64,000 nt of DNA from Macrostomum lignano. Taxonomy: Eukaryota. This document shows positions 56,701 through 64,000 of this stretch, piece after piece. Made by a program: the position numbers and the translations under genes. The stretch's first letter is position 1. Every line of letters begins with the position of its first letter. The notes beneath the pieces are model-generated. The model did no database searches, had not been told where the DNA came from, and saw nothing but the letters and a program-made list of their open reading frames with translations. The stretch lies in assembly GCA_002269645.1 (NCBI GenBank), contig NIVC01002805.1:1-64000 (forward strand), written 5' to 3'.

Positions 56701-58777
56701 TGGTAGGAGTCCGTGAACAGCACCAGTCTCAGCTCGCCAAGGCTGTTAACAGAAATATTCGGCCGCCGACTGAGAAAGTTGCTCGGGCTGAACGTCATGC
56801 AGGACGGGAATGTTGACAGGCCGAATTCTTTGAAGTCCAGGAAGTCGCACGCGATGGAGCTGTAGGTGCAGAACAGAAGCATCTGGCGGGGCTCGGCGCT
56901 GAACCGCGACAGAAACGGAGCTCCGTAGGTGTCCCGGATGGCGAGGTCTGAGTAATGAATTGTGGGGAGCATGCATGGTGGATTAGTGCTGGGTCATGGG
57001 TGTCAGTGAGGGTCATGGGTGTCAGTGAGGATCATAGAAGGGCCGGTGGACAATCTTAGAGGGTCAGTGAAGGTTATGGAGGGTCAGTGAAGGTCATGGA
57101 GGGTCAGTGAAAATCATTAGAAGATCAGTGAGGATCATAGAGAGTCAGTGAGGGTCATGAAGGGTCATAGAGGGTCAGTGAGGATCTTAGAGGGTCAGTG
57201 AAAATCATGGAGAATCAGTGAGGATCATAGAGAGTCAGTGAGGGTCATGAAGGGTCAGTGAGGGTCATGAAGGGTCAGTGAGGGTCATGAAGGGTCATTG
57301 AGGGTCAGTGAGGATCTTAGAGGGTCAGTGAAAATCATGGAGGGTCACTGAGAATCATGGAGAGTCAGTGATCGGTCATAAAGGGTCAGTGAAGATCATG
57401 TAGAATGAATCAGTGATGGCTCATAGAGGATCAGTAATGGGTTATGAAAGGTCAGTGAAAATCATAGAGGTTTTGTATCAGTTTTCTTTAAGCAAGGCTG
57501 CAAACTTTGCAATAAAAAGAAACGTAGTTGTATGAACCTGCTCACAGCTGGCTCTGAGTGGCCTGCGCTCATTTCACTCGTTTTACAATTAAGTGCAATT
57601 GAAACCAGTTTCATTTGAGTGAAACTGCACAGGCCAAGGCCGCTGCTGCATTGATGCACGTCAGTGCCCTGCCCCCCTGCTCTGAGACAGTCTGTACTTA
57701 GTTTGCTGACTCATTTCTTCTAGGTCTTTCCAGCTCACTTCTCTTGCTTTAACTGTGAAAAATCTGGATGCTGCAATCGAAGCCCTTAATTACATGGAAA
57801 AGGTACATGCAGCAAATCAGTCCCGAAAGCAGACTTATGAGGTGAGATTGAGGGTCCATGATGAGATGATTAAAGATTTCTTGCTCAGATTACATATCAG
57901 TGTAGACTTTGCTCAAGAAATTAAAAATCTGTCTCTTGAGGCAGAAAAGTCAGTTAATGAATGGGGAGATGCTATGCAAACTGAAGCGGACCAAAGGTGA
58001 AACATGTCACTCAGCTCTGGGAGACAGGGACGACGTGATCATCCTTGAGACTAGTCAAGTCGCTGCTTTGAGATCGACACTCGATAGTCGTCAGGCATGT
58101 GCACTCTCTGTGCCTTAGGGGTTGGCTCTCTTGCCTGCGAGTCGTTCAACAACAAGCCCCGGGGCCGCAGCGCTGATCTGCCAGCACTCACTGGGCAAAT
58201 TATAGACACCTTCATCCTCAATCCGCAGCAGATCGGAGTCCGATTCGTAATTGCCGTAGCTAAGCCGCAGATACTTCTTGACGCTGACCTCGAGAAATTC
58301 GCGCACTTTCAGCACGCTGTCCAGCACGGGCTGGAACTCTGGGTTCACCGTGTAGTTGTCGCCAGACTTTTCAAACAGTTTGCTAACAGCGAACATCATC
58401 CTGTTGCACACGGTGATGTCCGGCGGCGCGTAGACGCTGCCTCGCGGATTGATCTTAGTCGAGGTCGGCTCGTCCCGGTACTTCACCACCAGGATGGAAA
58501 GGTGCACAATGATTCCGACGAATGCGGCAATGATGAGCACAATCCAGCCGATTTTGAAGTACCGAACCGGATGGTTCAAGTGGTAAAATCCATGCGCTGT
58601 GGTGTTTGCGGCGAAGGTGCGCAGCGCTCGAAAAATGTCCCGAGTCCGGATGGCTTTGATGCGGGGAACCTGACTATAGCTGGCGATGCTTCCTGTGTCG
58701 TCTTGCTGTTTCTGCTGCTGCAGTTGCTGCCTCTGCTGGTCGCCGTTAGGTCCCGCTGCTTGGCATGGAGTCTCCAT
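53779..58777 (-). CDS. DEG/ENaC (amiloride-sensitive sodium channel superfamily) subunit, ~700 aa, 5 exons
   Basis: Exons 58777..58192, 56947..56529, 55578..55187, 54788..54479 and 54174..53779, phases 1/0/2/0, 2103 nt in total. Has the pre-TM1 TTAHG motif, TM1, [18 protein letters not shown], and TM2 [20 protein letters not shown]. Confidence 0.93.
54203..54434. repeat. (TTGG)n microsatellite in ENaC intron 4
   Basis: Pure tetranucleotide repeat. Confidence 0.98.
54789..55186 (-). repeat. 22-bp minisatellite forming ENaC intron 3 (sense unit CCGTCCTGTCTAACAGGTGACA)
   Basis: About ten near-perfect copies plus degenerate ones, running from donor to acceptor. Confidence 0.93.
55665..56500. 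repeat. ~30 bp minisatellite (TGGGTCAATGTGGGTCATTAGGATTGCTTT) in ENaC intron 2
   Basis: Tandem array. Confidence 0.95.
56992..57465. repeat. Degenerate ~19-20 bp minisatellite (GGGTCAGTGAGGGTCATGA) in ENaC intron 1
   Basis: Tandem array. Confidence 0.9.
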
Positions 58778-60299
58778 CGCAGCTCAAGTGAGTTGTGCCC
58801 GACCTTTTTTGCGCTAAATTTATCTCTATTTTGTGGAATCGCCAGATTGAGAAGCCGCTTTGTTGTTCCACCTCGACCCCCCCCTCCCTCTCTCGTACAC
58901 CGACAACTCAGCCCGATGGTCCACTATTTATTCACTTGGACTAGATTGAGCAGAGAAATACAATGCTTCATTGTACGCGCGAATGCAAGAAGCAAAATGT
59001 ACAAAGTAGCGAGAAAATCAAATAAAAGCAGCTACAGGTATTTCACAGGTCGCTATTTCTATGAGTAAAATAACAAAACGCTAAAAACTGAAAGAATCCC
59101 GACTCAAAAGATCTTATCCAGGGCCTTGCGACCATAGGTCTCGCAGAAGGTCTCAGATGCTGCTCAAACCTGTAAAAACTTGCAAACCTGAAATGAAGAG
59201 AACGTCCTGAGACGTTGAGGTCTGATGCAAAAATTGAGCTCAGCTGTCTCATACTCGTATTTATAGCTGGTGATCAAGAGCCGCGAAATCAATTGGGAAT
59301 CACGCTTTAAGTGTGGAAAAAAGTTCTTACTTGGACCCGAAAGCCATGCAAGAATAGCGTGATTCAAGGTCTCAAATTAGGTTTGATTGCTGTGCATAGG
59401 GCGCGTGATTCAAGGTCGCATGCTAAATGTATTCGCAGTCACGTGCTTTTCTGTACTAAAAATAGAAGCAGGAGATGGGCATGTTTACACCATTCGGGAC
59501 CAGAGTACAACACTTTGCACTTTGTACACGCGGACCATGAGTCATCGAAAAGGGTAGTAAACACTTTGCCTTAGCACAAAAAATCTTTGTTTTTCTCTAC
59601 TAAATCAATCTGGCTTGAACAAAGACTTCTATGCAGCGGAACATTAAGAGCCAAGGGAAAATAGTGAAGGAGCTAATTAATAGACCTAATAATAATAAGT
59701 AGTAATAGTCAAGAAACTTGAGTAAGGAATGGAATTATCCCTCGTAGATAGAAGCTGCTACGATCAATTTTGGAATTATCGCGGATAAGTGTGTGAATAG
59801 GTCTTGTGAACTGAGTTGATGCTTCTTAGAGTCTCAAGAAGCCTTGATACTCCCTAGGGGGAGCAGTTCACTTTTTCTAAAAGGCTGCTGCACTATTAGT
59901 AATGTTTATGATTATGACTGTTTATTCTATGCTAGAATCCATTAAGGTTTGACGAAATAGCAACGGCAATGATGCCTCTGTGCCTGGCAGAATTTGACAC
60001 TCGGAGCCGTTCATATGTGAAGATTACCAAGGATTTCTATTTAGTTATGAAAACTGACGCTAGGCACGAGATTACCTTTGTGCAGATTATGCTTTTTGAC
60101 TGACTGACACGAGCTACTGCTTGAAGTAAAATCTTCAAAGTGTAGGCACTGGCTGTTTCCATTTTTTACAAGCTGATTTGAGATTGATTTTAGTTGGCAG
60201 TCTGGTTGTTCTTAGGGTCCTTTGATATTCTCAATAAAGCTGTGCTCTGAAATACTTCTTCGATGGTAGGTAAACCTGCGGCGTGCAATAAATTTGTTT

Positions 60300-60642
60300 C
60301 AGGGCGCCAAAGTATAGCACCTGCGGCGCCAAAATGAGCGCCTTCGGCGCCAAAATGAGTGCCTGCGGTGCCAAAATGAGTGCCTGCGGCGCCAAAATGA
60401 GTGCCTGCGGTGCCAAAATGAGTGCCTGCGGTGCCAAAATGAGTGCCTGCGGTGCCAAAATGAGTACCCGCGGCGCCAAAATGAGTGCCCGCGGCGCCAA
60501 AATGAGTGCCTGCGGCGCTAAAATGAGCGCTGCAACACCGATTCTCAAAAAATTTACACGTATGAATATAGTCATGTACCTGTACATGTAAAATTCATGG
60601 CTTTGTCCCGCCCACACTAAAATCCGTGGCGACACCCCTGGA
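60300..60642. repeat. 21-bp GGCGCC-core repeat (GGCGCCAAAATGAGTGCCTGC) followed by a hAT-TIR-like end
   Basis: Tandem units at 60300..60530; AAAATCCGTGGCGACACCCCTG at ~60620..60641 resembles a hAT MITE terminus. Confidence 0.8.
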
Positions 60643-60889
60643 TACGCGCGCGGAGGGAACTTCTGCAATAGTGTTGTGTACTAAATACCTGTGTATACTG
60701 AAGGTGAATGTATCCTTCTTGGTTTCTGACTTCGTTAACGAATGAAAAAAGACTTATTCCATAGAATTTAAGCAGTTTTCTTGCCATACTGGTATAATTG
60801 CAAAATGGTTTGATTTACTTATTTACAATGCTTGTTGCCATATATATTTCACATAGCTTTGTAGCAAAATCGATAATATATTAACCAAG

Positions 60890-63309
60890 CTAATCGGAAG
60901 CGTCCTCGATGGTGCCTCGACTGTCAACAGACGGTGGCCAGATGGTTTTGTCCATCAATTTTCGCCGAATTATCTGCAATGAATTGAAAGAGTCGCGTTA
61001 AATTTAAATTATCAAGTGTCTGTAAAGACGAGACAAAGACTTATTATCAAGTGTCTGTAAGGACGAGACAGACTTATTATCAAATGTCTGTAAGGACGAG
61101 ACAAAGACTTATTATCGTGTCTGTAAGGACGAGACAAAGACTTATTATCAAGTGTCTGTAAGGACGAGACAAAGACTTACTATCCAATAGCGCGCACTTA
61201 CTTCTCCCAAATTTTCGGGTACAACAATCTCCCTACGAGGACGCCTGATTTGGTCAGCTCGAATAGGTGGCAAAGCTCTTGGCAGCGACGAAAACGAGCG
61301 GTCCTGAGGCCAGAGTTTGTCCGACACAAGCTCCCACGAATTTAGTGACGTCACCGCGCCAGTGACTAAGTCTGATGACTCTGGATCGCAGCCGAGGTGC
61401 ATCTTGGCGTAGCGGGAGCGTCGACTCTGTTGGAGACCTACGGTCACAGTGTTCCCGGATGTATCTGCATGATTGAAATCGGAATTCCGCCTTTGAGAAC
61501 CGGAAAAGAGGATGTCAGCTTTGACTCATCATGGAATGGTGAAGATTAGAGGGCCTGAGGGCCTTGGTAGTCAACATTACAAATCAAAACGCATATCCAA
61601 TCAAGTAGGACGTTCGTCGACGTCAGGGTTGCTTACCGCTGCCGCGAAAGCTACGCACAGCCGCTGTTGAACTGGCTCGGTTGCCATGGTTACCACCGGG
61701 ACTCGATAGCTGGGTAGGCGGCAGCCTTAGAACTGGCAGGAGTGTCTGGTAGACCACAGGTGACGAGTCTTGCTCCTGGCCCGGCTGGATGAGCCTCAGC
61801 TGAACTGCGTTGCCTGAAATAATCAACGATAGAATAATTGAAAACCAGTTCAAACTGGAGCTAGTCAAACTAGCAAAATAGCTCTTTCAAGCGTACTTGT
61901 AGCCTTATAAATTTTTGTTATGATAGACCAAGCTCCCGCAATTTGGTTGTTTCCGGAAGCTTAGTTGACTGATTTTCTGACTGAATTAATTGGTTATTGT
62001 TTGATCTTTTAAATTGAGAACATGGGCAACGGGGACGCCAGCTACAGACCGGGGCGCCAGCTACAGACCGGGGCGCCAGCTACAGAGAGGGTGCCAGCTA
62101 CAGAGGGGGCGCCAGCTACAGAAGGGGCGCCAGCTACAGAGAGGGTGCCAGCTACAGAGAGGGCGCCAGCTACAGAGGGGGCGCCAGCTACAGAGGGGGC
62201 GCCAGCTACAGAAGGGGCGCCAGCTACAGAAGGGGCGCAGCTACAGAGGGAGCGCAGCTACCGAGGGGGCGCCAGCTACAGAGGGGACGCCAGCTACAGA
62301 GGGGGCGCCACCTACAGAGAGGGCGCTAGCAACAGAGGGGCGCCAGCTACAGAAGGGGCGCCAGCTACAGAGGGGGCGCCAGCTACAGACCGGGTCGCCA
62401 GCTACATGTACAGAAGGGCGCCAGCTACAGAGGGGGCGCCACCTACAGAGAGGGCGCTAGCAACAGAGGGGCGCCAGCTACAGAAGGGGCGCCAGCTACA
62501 GAAGGGGCGCCAGCTACAGACCGGGTCGCCAGCTACAGAGGGGGCGCCAGCTACAGAAGGGGCGCCAGCTACAGAGGGGGCGCCAGCTACAGACTGGGTC
62601 GCCAGCTACATGTACAGAAGGGCGCCAGCTACAGAGGGGGCGCCACCTACAGAGAGGGCGCTAGCTACAGAGGGGGCGCCAGCTACAGAGGGGGCGCCAG
62701 CTACATAAGGGGCGCCAGCTACAGATGGAGCGCAGCTACAGAGGGAGCGCAGCTACAGAGGGGGCGCAGCTACAGAGGGGGCGCAGCTACAGAGGGGCGC
62801 CAGCTACAGAGGGGGCGCCAGCTACAGAGGAGGCGCCAGCTACAGAAGAGGGCGCCAGCTACAGAGGGGGCGCCACTTACAGAGGGGCTCCAGCTACAGA
62901 GGGGGCGCCAGCTACAGAGGAGGCGCCAGCTACAGAGGGGGCGCCAGCTACAGAGGGGCGCCAGTTACAAAGGGGGCGCCAGCTACAGACCGGGGCGCCA
63001 GCTACAGAGGAGGGGCCTGCCACATTGGGTCGCCAGCTACATGTACAGAAGGGCGCCAGCTACATTGGGTCGTAAGCTACAGGGACGATTAAAGTCTTCT
63101 GTTTTCCGCAAACTGTTTTCTTTATAAACTACGAGTACATTTAAAACCCGGCACATGCCTGCAGCTAGAAATCTGTCATCTCTCGGCAGCTCCCAGTGCC
63201 GCGGCTCTGGCGTGTTCCTCGGTGGTGAAGGCGTCGCAACACTTGGGTAACCTTTGTCCTGATCCGGCTGTTCAACCAGTCTGCTTCTGGTTCCGAAAGC
63301 AGCAGTCAT
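60890..63309 (-). CDS. Orphan ~224-aa protein (4 exons; first intron GC-AG)
   Basis: Exons 63309..63159, 61813..61637, 61464..61202 and 60973..60890 join in frame (phases 1/1/0). Donors are CAG|GCATGT, GCG|GTAAGC and GAA|GTAAGT, and the acceptors are pyrimidine-rich CAG. No homology recognised. Confidence 0.6.
61010..61180. repeat. ~32-35 bp tandem repeat (TTATTATCAAGTGTCTGTAAGGACGAGACAAAGAC)
   Basis: About 5 copies inside intron 3 of the orphan gene. Confidence 0.92.
62022..63075. repeat. ~18-19 bp GGCGCC-core minisatellite (GGGGCGCCAGCTACAGA)
   Basis: Tandem array in intron 1 of the orphan gene; the proline/alanine-rich ORFs over it are artefacts. Confidence 0.96.
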
Positions 63310-64000
63310 TTTTTCGTCCAAAAATTTCCAACAAAACTTTCAAAGTTAGGAACGACCGAATTTGAAATCTCGTGCCATTTGGTCTGTTTGAATTTTTTCT
63401 TCAACAAATTACCAGCTGAGAAGACGAATAAGAAGTCGAGTCAGTCCTGGCTTTGGGCGGAGTTTCTCTAGCTTGCTTTCTCCCTGACGCACGAGCTGCG
63501 CTATGCATAAAAAATATTCGACTTTTTCAACATGAACGCGAGCTCTTAGCAGAGCGATAAGATAATGGCAACTGAGAATGAGCACAGACTAGCAGGAATC
63601 CGCTGATTTAATGAAGCATACAATGCAATTGGAGCACACAAAAGATGTTAGATGTCAGCCAACTGAGAGGCCACTGATTCGGGGAATTAATGATCAGAGC
63701 GTGGCGCACTAATGAAGGCTGAAGGACAGAGCATCCGACAAGTGCGCCTGAGATATGGCACTGGCAGAGATGATTTTTTTTCAATCTGAATCCGTTTCCG
63801 AGCTAATTCTACTCCCAGTGTACTTTTAGCCTCTCGTCCAATCCGGAGCTGCCCAGTGCTGCTGGATTGAAGGATTTATAGCTCAGCTGGCGCAGCGGGA
63901 GCGCCTCATCTGCTTCAGCTGTAGGATCTCTTTTTAACTGAGAGAGCTTCCTTGCTGTCCGTCTCTTTGCATCGGATACTGAAAATCCGTCTTCTTCTCT

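Noticed and set aside
63800-64000. Possible coding exon at the window edge
   Set aside because: All minus-strand frames close within ~40 codons and no family is recognisable; truncated by the window boundary.

Overview
Eukaryotic (metazoan) genomic DNA with GC-rich, intron-split exons. Almost every intron and intergenic spacer is filled by its own mini- or microsatellite. The style suggests a free-living flatworm such as Macrostomum, but that is an inference. Most long ORFs in the supplied track are repeat artefacts, so gene models were built by hand from splice sites and codon phase. Minus strand: a myophilin/calponin-like pseudogene interrupted by a 5'-truncated RTE-type LINE (10-bp target-site duplication); a PDE9-like phosphodiesterase; an uncharacterised 811-aa gene with possible degenerate Mab-21/cGAS-like motifs; a 5-exon DEG/ENaC channel; and a 4-exon orphan gene with a GC-AG intron. 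Plus strand: SMYD4-like, SmD1, anillin-like and COX6A in a tight co-directional run (candidate trans-spliced operon), then a DTHD1-like ZU5/death-domain gene. Also present are tRNA-Leu(UAA), tRNA-Gly(UCC), three tRNA-derived CORE-SINE copies plus a head remnant, a foldback palindrome and hAT-MITE-like remnants. The most intriguing pattern is that several intronic minisatellites have units made of sense-strand splice signals. The clearest case is ENaC intron 3, built of CTAAC-AG|GT units from donor to acceptor. Single-base indels in several conserved genes could be assembly errors or real decay; the sequence alone cannot settle this.
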